From the NCBI GenBank assembly GCA_017470645.1, contig JAFUYJ010000026.1, positions 4,372 to 68,371 on the forward strand: a DNA stretch of 64,000 bases, given 5' to 3'. A program made the position numbers and the translations under genes. Below are positions 38,584-47,900 of this stretch, one piece after another. Origin of the DNA: Clostridia bacterium (GTDB taxonomy: Bacteria > Bacillota > Clostridia > TANB77 > CAG-508). The notes below the pieces were generated by a model, which made no database searches, was not told where the DNA came from, and saw only the letters and a program-made list of their open reading frames with translations. Each line of letters starts with the position of its first letter. Within the stretch, counting starts at the first letter, position 1.

Positions 38584-39618
38584 ATGAAAAAAGATGATAA
38601 GGCTTCGATATCTTTAAAAAAGGTTATATCCGTAAGTATTATTTTATTATTATTTATGGGAATAAGCGTCTTAGCCGTAAATTCAAAAGTAAACAATGTT
38701 AAAATTATCCTTTCAAATGGATATGAAATGGATGTTTTAACTACGAAAGAGAAAGTTTCAGATATATTAAACGACAATCATATTATATTATTACCAGATG
38801 AAAAGGTAATACCTGGATTAGACTCAAATATATCAGATAACAAGACAATAAGAATTACAACTGACGATGAATTAACTGTAAAAGTTACAGAAGCAGCAGT
38901 AACTTCAAATGATGTTACAGTTGAAGACTTGTTAGCTGAAAACTATGAAAACATAGTAGAAAAACTAGTAGTAGAAGAAACTACAATTCCTTACGAAACA
39001 GAAACAAAAGACGTTTCAACAGGAACAAATAAAAAAGAAGTTATTACACAAAATGGTGTAGATGGTATAAGTAAAACAACTTATAAAGTAAAATATCAAA
39101 ATGATGTTGAAATATCAAGAACAGAAATTTCTAAAGAAACTACAAAAGAACCAATTAAAAAAATAGTCGAAATAAGAGACAACGAAGTAGTTTCAAGAGA
39201 CAGCACATCAAGAAATACAAATACAAGCAAAGCTAAAACAGCTGCTGCATCAGCAAGTGCAAATGGAAACTCATTGGCTGCAAAAGTTGAAGGAAAAACA
39301 CCTTCAGTAGTTACATTAAATGCATCTGCATATACTGCATCAACATGTGGTAAAGCTGCAGGTTCAGCTGGATACGGTAGAACAGCTTCAGGAGCATATG
39401 CTTCAGCATGGTGTACAGTAGCTGCCGGAAAAGGATACCCAATGGGAACTATAATATACATTCCATATTTCGCTAATAAGCCAAATGGTGGATGGTTCGT
39501 AGTTCAAGATAGAGGTGGAGCTATTTCAAACAACAAACTTGATATTTACATGAACACATATAATGAATGTATAAACTTCGGTAGAAGAAATCTTGAATGT
39601 TATGTATATTTACCATAA
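38584..39618 (+). CDS. YabE-like cell-wall protein (DUF348 + G5 + 3D domains)
   Basis: TM; G5-like IPYETETK...ITQNGVDG...EP; 3D-like ASAYT...GRTASG...QDRGGAISNNKLDIY. Confidence 0.82.
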   Translation: MKKDDKASISLKKVISVSIILLLFMGISVLAVNSKVNNVKIILSNGYEMDVLTTKEKVSDILNDNHIILLPDEKVIPGLDSNISDNKTIRITTDDELTVKVTEAAVTSNDVTVEDLLAENYENIVEKLVVEETTIPYETETKDVSTGTNKKEVITQNGVDGISKTTYKVKYQNDVEISRTEISKETTKEPIKKIVEIRDNEVVSRDSTSRNTNTSKAKTAAASASANGNSLAAKVEGKTPSVVTLNASAYTASTCGKAAGSAGYGRTASGAYASAWCTVAAGKGYPMGTIIYIPYFANKPNGGWFVVQDRGGAISNNKLDIYMNTYNECINFGRRNLECYVYLP

Positions 39619-39647
39619 CGCAAGATAAAAAATAAAAAATAAGACAA

Positions 39648-39681
39648 TAAATCGCACTGGTATAGCTAGTGCGATTTTTTT
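39648..39681 (+). terminator. Intrinsic terminator
   Basis: aaatcgcactgg-tatag-ctagtgcgatttttt. Confidence 0.7.
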
Positions 39682-39686
39682 GTGAC

Positions 39687-39746
39687 GAAACTTTCTGGGA
39701 CGTGGAACTTTCGGGGGCCAAAAAGTTCCACGTCCCCAAAAGTCTC
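39687..39746. repeat. Nested REP-like palindrome variant
   Basis: gaaactttctgggacgtggaacttt...aaagttccacgtccccaaaagtctc. Confidence 0.75.
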
Positions 39747-39813
39747 AAGGGTTGCAAAATCGCAGGAAATGTGATAAAATAAAGGTCAAATTCACATAGA
39801 AGGAGATAATTAA

Positions 39814-40932
39814 ATGAAAGAAAGAAGAGTATGGACAAAATGGTTTTATTGGTTCACATTTGCTGTTTCAATAATTCTAATATATAAAGTACTTGACAAT
39901 TTCACAGCAATAGGCAAATGGTTCGCAGGATTTTTTCACATAATGATGCCATTTGTTCTAGGAATCATAATGGCGTATATTTTATACGTGCCTGCAAGAA
40001 ATATTGAAAAATTAATAAAAAAAATAAACATTAAAGGATTAAGAATTATAACAAAAAAAGCAAGAGTTTTATCAGTAGCAGTAGTATATGCAGGCGTAAT
40101 CGCAATATTAGCACTAGTAATAAAATACATAGTGCCAATAGCAGCCTCAAGTATAATAGACTTTGTAAATCACTTTCAAGAGTATTACAATATAATATCA
40201 ACCGAAATAAATGCACTGCCAGAAGACTCAGTGTTGAAAAGTGAAGCAGTAGTTAATGCAGTAAGTAAAATAGGACAAATAAATTTAACTGAATATATAA
40301 ACATAGAAAAACTTACACAATACGCACAAGGAGCAATTAGCATCGCAACAGGTATATTTAATTTCTTTGTATCAATTATAGTGTCAGCATATATTTTACT
40401 TGAAAGGGGAGAGATACTTAAGTTCTTAAGAAAAGTATCAAAAGCAATATTTAAAAATGATGTATATCAAAATGTAGCAAAATACTTCAATAGAACAAAC
40501 GAAATATTTTTAAAATTCTTAGCTAGCCAATTGCTAGACGGAATAGTAGTAGGAATATTAACATCAATAGCAATGAGTATTTTAGGAGTTAAATATGCAG
40601 TAGTTTTAGGAATAATGATAGGATTATTCAATATGATTCCTTACTTTGGAGCAATCATAGCAGTAATAGTTGCAACAATAATAACCATAATTACAGGAGG
40701 ACTTACACAAGCAATATGGATGATTGTAATTGTTACAATCTTGCAACAGATTGATGCTAACATTATTAACCCTAAAATTGTGGGTGAATCTTTAAAAATA
40801 AGCCCACTACTAGTAATATTTGCAGTAACATTAGGAGGAGCATATTTTGGAATACTAGGAATGTTCCTTGCAGTGCCAATCGCAGCGATAATAAAGGTTT
40901 TGATTGAAGATTATATTGAGATGAAGGAATAA
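39814..40932 (+). CDS. AI-2E (PerM/UPF0118) family transporter
   Basis: PF.LG...AYIL.P, NMIPYFG, QQIDANIINPKIVG and GILGMFLAVP motifs. Confidence 0.9.
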   Translation: MKERRVWTKWFYWFTFAVSIILIYKVLDNFTAIGKWFAGFFHIMMPFVLGIIMAYILYVPARNIEKLIKKINIKGLRIITKKARVLSVAVVYAGVIAILALVIKYIVPIAASSIIDFVNHFQEYYNIISTEINALPEDSVLKSEAVVNAVSKIGQINLTEYINIEKLTQYAQGAISIATGIFNFFVSIIVSAYILLERGEILKFLRKVSKAIFKNDVYQNVAKYFNRTNEIFLKFLASQLLDGIVVGILTSIAMSILGVKYAVVLGIMIGLFNMIPYFGAIIAVIVATIITIITGGLTQAIWMIVIVTILQQIDANIINPKIVGESLKISPLLVIFAVTLGGAYFGILGMFLAVPIAAIIKVLIEDYIEMKE

Positions 40933-40941
40933 TTTTTTATG

Positions 40942-41013
40942 GATATTTTGGGGACACTGACAAAAAGTTCCACAGTATATGTGAAACTTTTTGTCAGTGT
41001 CCCCAAAAGTTTC
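40942..41013. repeat. REP/REPIN-like palindrome
   Basis: ttttggggacactgacaaaaagttccac...gtgaaactttttgtcagtgtccccaaaagtttc. Confidence 0.88.
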
Positions 41014-41109
41014 GCTTGCAAATTTTAAAAAATTTTGCGCTCCCATTGCAATTAAAAAATAAGTATATTATAATTAAAATGTAAAAAACTAAAGAAAAGG
41101 AGAACTATT

Positions 41110-41838
41110 ATGACTAAAAAGAAAAAAATAATAATTATTTCATCAATAGTAGTTGCATCTTTTATAATAATTGGAATTGTATATGCATTTTTTACAGATT
41201 TTGAAAAACTAACAAACAAGCTTGCTTTGGGAACATTAAATATTGAAGATACAGAAATATCATTCAAAAAAGCAAATGGAGACGATGCAGACTTATTAGA
41301 GCCAGGAGATATAAACACATTATCATGGACGACCAAAAACGTTGGAACATCTGGAGCTTTAACAAGACAAACGCTAGAGTTGTATTGGACAGACGACCTA
41401 GATGTTGGAGTTAACACTTTAATATACATGTATCCTGCAAACATGACCGACGAAGCAATTTTAGCTGATTATGCAAAAGGTGAAGAATCAGAATACGCAA
41501 TTGAATTAACAGATGTAACAAGAACGATAGAAGGAAAAAACAAAAACGGTGTTAAATATCAATTCATCGGAGACACACTAAACGGATCAGACAACATAGA
41601 AGTAAGCAACGAAGTAAATTATAATTCAGATGTAGCTGCAGTAATCGATAGCAATATAAATACAGACGATACAAATAAAAAAGAAGATTCAATAGCATAC
41701 AAAATCTTACTAAGTCCAGACACAAGTTACCTATATCAAGGAAGAAAATTATCAGTATTTTTAACAACAGAAGGTATGCAATACACAGAAGATGGTAGTG
41801 GAACATGGACAGTTGAAGACACACAACAAATTCCTTAA
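41110..41838 (+). CDS. SipW-cognate secreted protein (TasA-like)
   Basis: Signal ...GIVYAFFTD...N....GTL; LEPGD...W..KNVGT; YQG..L......EGMQ. Confidence 0.7.
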   Translation: MTKKKKIIIISSIVVASFIIIGIVYAFFTDFEKLTNKLALGTLNIEDTEISFKKANGDDADLLEPGDINTLSWTTKNVGTSGALTRQTLELYWTDDLDVGVNTLIYMYPANMTDEAILADYAKGEESEYAIELTDVTRTIEGKNKNGVKYQFIGDTLNGSDNIEVSNEVNYNSDVAAVIDSNINTDDTNKKEDSIAYKILLSPDTSYLYQGRKLSVFLTTEGMQYTEDGSGTWTVEDTQQIP

Positions 41839-41938
41839 TGATCTAGAAAATAGAATAAAATAATAAAAGCTAAACTGTAACTAAACAAAAGAATAGTGTT
41901 ACAAGAGCATAAAAATACGAAAGAAAGGAATAAAAGCT

Positions 41939-42619
41939 ATGAGTGAAAAATTAAATAACGAAAACGTCCAAAGTGCTAAATCCGTAAAGAAAATAATAGC
42001 AGACAACAAAGTTAAAATATCAATCATTGCAGCAATCATAGTTGCAATAGCAATACTAATTCCAATAGGATACGCACTATTTTCAGATACAGAAAATAAA
42101 CAATCTGAAATAAAACTAGGAACAATTCAAGTAGACCTAGTAGAAGATTGGCCAGATAGAGGAGACACAATCACAACAGATGATGGTGAAACAGAGACCT
42201 ATGATGAGTTTGGTATTTCTAAAAAGACAAAAAAAGTCTGGGGTGAATCAAAAGGAAACTTAGATGCGTATGTGCGTATAAGATGTATACCAGTTGTAGA
42301 ATATAATAATCGTAAAGATGGTACAGGAGAGTGGATAACATTACCTGTATCACAAGGAGATATAGTAGTTACAGTAAACGGAGAAGATTGGATTCAACAA
42401 GGAGATTACTGGTACTACAAAAACATATTAAAACCAACAAAAGAAACAAGTAAAATGCAAATAGATTGGAACGTAACAGAACTTCCAAGTGAGTTAGAAG
42501 GTTATGCAGTGAGAACAGATGTAAGAGTTATATTAGAATATGCACAGACAACTAACGATAAGTGGAAAACTTTGTTCCAAATTGATGATTTGCCTGCTGG
42601 AGTTCAGAGGGTTGAATAA
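41939..42619 (+). CDS. SipW-cognate secreted protein (BsaA-like)
   Basis: Signal ...IGYALFSD...LG; DAYVRI, W....DYWYYK.IL.P...T and AQTT motifs. Confidence 0.7.
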   Translation: MSEKLNNENVQSAKSVKKIIADNKVKISIIAAIIVAIAILIPIGYALFSDTENKQSEIKLGTIQVDLVEDWPDRGDTITTDDGETETYDEFGISKKTKKVWGESKGNLDAYVRIRCIPVVEYNNRKDGTGEWITLPVSQGDIVVTVNGEDWIQQGDYWYYKNILKPTKETSKMQIDWNVTELPSELEGYAVRTDVRVILEYAQTTNDKWKTLFQIDDLPAGVQRVE

Positions 42620-42627
42620 TTATTTAA

Positions 42628-42685
42628 GAGACTTTTGGGGACACTGGTAAAAAGCATCACACAAGTGATACTTTTTACCAGTGTC
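42628..42685. repeat. REP-like palindrome with truncated right arm
   Basis: gagacttttggggacactggtaaaaagcatcac-acaa-gtgatactttttaccagtgtc. Confidence 0.8.
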
Positions 42686-42723
42686 TTTTAATTAATCGTA
42701 ATTCCTAATAAATTTGCAAAATT

Positions 42724-42752
42724 TTTACAAATTTAGAAATATATGTTATAAT
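42724..42752 (+). promoter_or_regulatory. Sigma-A promoter with extended -10
   Basis: TTTACA-N17-TATAAT with upstream TG. Confidence 0.6.
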
Positions 42753-42825
42753 TATAGTAAGGTGCTAAATGCACAATCATACGAACATTGAAAAACAAAT
42801 ATCTTCATCAAAAGGAGGAATAACT

Positions 42826-44718
42826 ATGATGAAAAAAATGCGGAAGTTCGTTGCAGTAGTATGTGCCACGTTAATGAGTCTGTCTAGCATTGGAATTAAT
42901 GCTGCGGCTATTGATGTTAACTTCGACACAAATGTGACGAAAACGGAATCAGAAGCAGAGGCTAAAGTTACAGTTTGGGGAGACTCAAACTGCGACAACG
43001 ACGTTACAATGGATGATGCTGTAACAATTCTGAACTACGTTGCTTTACCTACTAAATACAGTATTGGAAAAGCAGAAGGTATGTCTCAGAAAGGTTATCT
43101 CCAGGCTGACGTATACAGAAATGGTGATGGAGTAAACGGAATGGATGCTCTTTCGATCATGAAGTATAAAGCCAAGGAGCTGGAGTCACTGCCTGAGTCG
43201 TATCTTGTACCGCCCACAACAACAACTGTTGTTACTACGGTTATAACAACTACGACTACAAAGGCAATAACGACTACTACAGCAAAGCCTACTACGACAA
43301 CCACAACCAAGGCAACGACCACGACGGCCAAGCCTACCACGACAACTACGACGAAGGCGACTACCACGATGGCCAAGCCTACGACGACAACCACGACGAA
43401 GGCGACGACCACCACGGCCAAGCCTACCACGACAACTACGACGAAGGCAACAACCACCACGGCAAAGCCTACGACGTCAACTACGACGAAGGCGACTACC
43501 ACGACGGCTAAGCCTACTACGACCACCACGACGAAGGCGACGACCACCACGGCCAAGCCTACCACGACCACCACGACGAAGGCGACGACAACAACGACAA
43601 GCACAACAACAACAACGACTTCAACGTCAACGACAACAAGCACAACGACCACAACAACAGTTCCTAACGACTGGACCCCGCCTCAGAAAGCAGATCTAAT
43701 CCACGAAGGCGAGCAGATCGATGACGATACCTATAATATCCTCATCAACACAGCGGAAATGTTTAACATTGACCGCTATGAAATAATCTGGTCGCATCAT
43801 CCAATAGCCTACGCGTACGCAGCACCAGACGCATACTTCTGTATGCGAGAAGGTTTTGCATATGGCTTCGGAATCCAGCTCATACCTAGTTCGGATATTT
43901 CCGAGGTATGCCCTGGAATGAAGAAGCTAAAGGCTTCAACATATAAAATGAACAATGATTACCTTGCGTATAGGCCGCTTGTAGCAGCAGACGACACAGA
44001 AGATGTTTTGTCTAGCTATGAAGTTACTATAGACGCATATAAAGAGGATAAGGTTATAATTGCTGGCATTAATAAAATTATTGAGCCAGACACCGATCCA
44101 GGAAGTTCATTATATATGTCTGATTTAGAATTTGGTAATGAATACAATGTATTCAACTTCATAGGTTGGTATCTCATACCAATCGATGAAGAGGGAAATC
44201 AGATACTTGAATTAAATACAGCAGAGCACAATACTTCAGTTACACCTGCTGCAGAAATAGAGTACTGGTTTACCAACGTGGAACTTGAAGGTGAGGTCGC
44301 ACCAATAGTAAGATGGCTGTTTAATGAATTCGTGTTTACAGCACGTCAATTCAATATGCCGGATTTCAAAGTGGTGTATAATAACAACCATGATGAGCCG
44401 TTATTATATGGCTTTACCAGAGGCACAAACTTAGATTTGTTCAATCTGGGCAAAGGTACAGTTCAAATTATACCTACTTCGGAAATCGTTAATGTAATTG
44501 ACGTAGAAGCTCGTTGCGTTGATGTAGCAGACTACGAATATTACTTAAATGAGGTAGCGAATCCTTACTATTATGTGACGTTAGGAGAAAACGACAGAAG
44601 AGACCTTGACGAAAACGCTTTTTATATCTGGTCAAAAAATGACAGCTATAATGTATACTTCTTAGTTCCTCTTGATGAAGATGGCAATGAGGATTTAAGG
44701 TTATACGTAACCAGATAA
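42826..44718 (+). CDS. Secreted protein: type I dockerin + Thr-rich linker + two copies of an unknown domain
   Basis: Signal peptide; WGDSNCDNDVTMDDAV...QADVYRNGDGVNGMDALSI dockerin Ca-binding repeats; SD AGGAGG. Confidence 0.8.
   Translation: MMKKMRKFVAVVCATLMSLSSIGINAAAIDVNFDTNVTKTESEAEAKVTVWGDSNCDNDVTMDDAVTILNYVALPTKYSIGKAEGMSQKGYLQADVYRNGDGVNGMDALSIMKYKAKELESLPESYLVPPTTTTVVTTVITTTTTKAITTTTAKPTTTTTTKATTTTAKPTTTTTTKATTTMAKPTTTTTTKATTTTAKPTTTTTTKATTTTAKPTTSTTTKATTTTAKPTTTTTTKATTTTAKPTTTTTTKATTTTTSTTTTTTSTSTTTSTTTTTTVPNDWTPPQKADLIHEGEQIDDDTYNILINTAEMFNIDRYEIIWSHHPIAYAYAAPDAYFCMREGFAYGFGIQLIPSSDISEVCPGMKKLKASTYKMNNDYLAYRPLVAADDTEDVLSSYEVTIDAYKEDKVIIAGINKIIEPDTDPGSSLYMSDLEFGNEYNVFNFIGWYLIPIDEEGNQILELNTAEHNTSVTPAAEIEYWFTNVELEGEVAPIVRWLFNEFVFTARQFNMPDFKVVYNNNHDEPLLYGFTRGTNLDLFNLGKGTVQIIPTSEIVNVIDVEARCVDVADYEYYLNEVANPYYYVTLGENDRRDLDENAFYIWSKNDSYNVYFLVPLDEDGNEDLRLYVTR
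43282..43596 (+). repeat. 7 x 45-bp tandem repeat encoding AKPTTTTTTKATTTT
   Basis: Units start at 43282, 43327, 43372, 43417, 43462, 43507 and 43552. Confidence 0.9.
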
Positions 44719-44727
44719 TCTAATGTG

Positions 44728-44762
44728 AAACCAACCCTTATAATTAAGGGTTGGTTTTTTTT
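44728..44762 (+). terminator. Intrinsic terminator
   Basis: aaaccaaccctta-taat-taagggttggtttttt. Confidence 0.8.
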
Positions 44763-44986
44763 AGTCCACAAATTCACTCTTCCCTAAGGAAAAATTAATA
44801 AAAAAGTCTAATATTACAATAATAATTCAAAATTTTAATACAAATGTAATAATTAGACAAACGAATATATCCCTAAATAAACGTATAAATCTGTAATATA
44901 TATGACATTGAAAACAATAAAAAAATCCTTATAATAAAAAAAGAATGTTAAGAAAACACAAAAATCTAATTTAGGAGGAAGAACTT

Positions 44987-47900
44987 ATGAAAAATTTAGT
45001 GAAAGGGAACTTATTGAAAAAATTCATTTCTATTATATTGATATTGGCAATAGTTATACCATATTTACCAATGTCAGTATTTGCAAATAATGAACAAGAA
45101 ACAGAAGAAAATGAATTCGCAGGAATAGTAGATTTAGACGTTGCATGGACAACAGGTGATGAAATATTAAATGGATATGCAACAAATAATTACAAATTGC
45201 AATACACATTGAGACTTAATCAAATTGCTAGCGGATTTGAAGATGTAAAAGTCAATATTGAAACCGATAACGTAGCAGGAGTAAATGACTACGTTTATTG
45301 TAGTATTCAAGAAATGAGTGGTAACGGCTTTTCAACAATAAACTATGGAAACAAAGATACAGGTTCATCTTTACAAGAAAATGTTAGCGTTGGATTTAGA
45401 AATAAAAATGAAACTCTAAATAGAACAGTAACTGTAAAAGCAACAGGAAAATATAAAGATGCTAGCAATCCAAATGCAATAGATGGATATGTAACATTTT
45501 CAGTAAAGAAAGAATTAAAAGCAAATATCACACCATATGATAAAAGGGTTACACCATACAACGTAACTTTGCAATGGTCTGAAAATGGTTTAGGAAGACC
45601 AAAAGCAACATATAACAGAACTGATTTAGGAAGAAATATATATGGAGGAAATTTAGGATGGTATATGACTAAATTAAACGCAAGTTATCCTTTATATATA
45701 TATTCAGGTTCATTAACTCAAAAATTAGATTTAAAAGTAACTATAAATAGATACAATGTTGAAAACAATGTAAATGTAAGCAAATTAGGAGATGGGTATA
45801 CAATAGACTGGGATGGATTGGATACTCTATTAGGAACTCCAACACAAACAACAAATGATGATGGTTCAATTACATATACATTTAGTAAAGGTGTAGAAAG
45901 CGAAACATTAGACAGAAACCAAACATTTAGTGTTGATAAAGAATTCAACATAAAAGTTGTATATCAAACACCAAATACAAACCCAACAGAAGGAAGTCCA
46001 GAACAATACACATATTTTACATACCAAGCTGTTTTAGACACACAAGGATTTAAAACCGAACAAAATTGGGGAGAAAATGAAAGTGTTGAAAAAGTTACAA
46101 AGAGCACATCAATTTATGACAGAAGCTCTGCAGCAGTTTACAGTTATACACCAGGAAATACTGCATGGGTAGATGCAGATTATAGTAATGGTGAATATCT
46201 ACCAGAGGATTTTATTTCAAAACTAAAAACAGATAGAACTGTTTCATTAGATACAACAGTAGACATGACATATGTAGCTGGAGATATACGTTGGTCAGAC
46301 GGAGATTATATTTCATTTAAAACACCAACATTAAGATATATGGCAGATGATGGAAGCTTAAATACAATAAACTTAAATGCAAATCAGTTAAAAATAAACA
46401 AAGTATCAACTTCATATGATATAGGAAGTAAATTTGTTAATGGTAGTGAAAATTCAGAAATAAATGGAGAATATAATGTATCAAGTAATACAAATACATT
46501 TACAATATCTTTACCAGATCCAGTAACTAATCTTTCTGCATATGCTACTGACGTATACAGAAGCCAAACATTTAGTGACGTTTTTAATTTAACATATCAA
46601 GTAAATGCAGATGTATTAGGTTTAACTGATAACGAATTAGAAAATATAGTATCACTTTCTTTTGAATTAGAGCTACATGGACCAAATACAAGTACAGGTA
46701 AATCACTACTAACATTGAAGAATCAATCATTTTTAAATGAAGTAAAATATTCATACATGGAAATGGAATTAGTAGGAGACTTTGATACTTCTGAAGCAAA
46801 TATTGGAAAATCAGAATCAAAAAGTGTAAAACTAAGAATGTATAGAAACCAAAGAACATTTGGAAATGACACAGATGAAAAGAAAAAAGTTGTATTAAAT
46901 GAAAATCCAACTTTCTTCGTAAGTTTACCTAATGGATTTGATTATTCAAATATAGATGTAAGGTCTTCAAATGATAAAATAATCATTGATGAAGATAACT
47001 TAGATCTTATTCCGGTAAACGGAGAACAAGTTTTAGTAATTCCTTGTGTTGGAACATATGATAGTAGAGAATTAGAAGAAGTTGACATTACTATAACATA
47101 TACTAGAACATTAAAAAACACATCAAATAGATCATTTAATATAAGTGCTTACATGATAACAGATAATGAAAATTATGTAAGAAAAACAAATAACATAAAT
47201 AACTTCCATAAAGATGGAGAAGAAGCACCAGACAGCTTATTCTATACATATGAATCATTTAATCTTGTTGGTGGAAGTGAGTTAAATGCAAGAACAAAGT
47301 TGATAGTTAATGAAGAATATGATCCAAATAATGCAGAAAGTGCTGGGCAAAAGAACAATCCAGCAATAGTAGATTTTAGTAAAGACGAAGTTTCAATTAG
47401 ATCACAAGTTGACGCCAAAGGTGACACATTAACAAATGTAGAAATATTAACAAGATTACCATTTGCAAATAATACATACATATATAATACTGATAATCAA
47501 TTAATAGAGGCAAATTATAATGCAGATGGAGAATTAAATGACTTTATAGATGATCATCAAGACAAATTAAAAGGTGTAGCAAAAAATACTGCAATACCAC
47601 AACTTACATTTTCTAATATTGCTGTTAACGGAGTATATAGAATAAAAGGAACAAGTGTTACTAAAATAAATGATAGCGAATATCAAATATACTATACAAC
47701 ACAAGATGATGCTGAATTTGATTCAACAACTTTTGTAAGATACGAAGAAGGAGTATCAGACTTATCACAAGCTAAGAACATAAAAGTTGTCTTAGAAGAT
47801 GAAAATGGAACTCAAACAGAAATAAAAACAGGAGAATCAATATACGTAGAATATAATGTAACAATGCCAGACAATTCAGGAATGATGGCAACAACATCAT

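Noticed and set aside
43095-43652. Minus-strand poly-Val ORF
   Set aside because: Shadow of the Thr-rich repeat on the + strand
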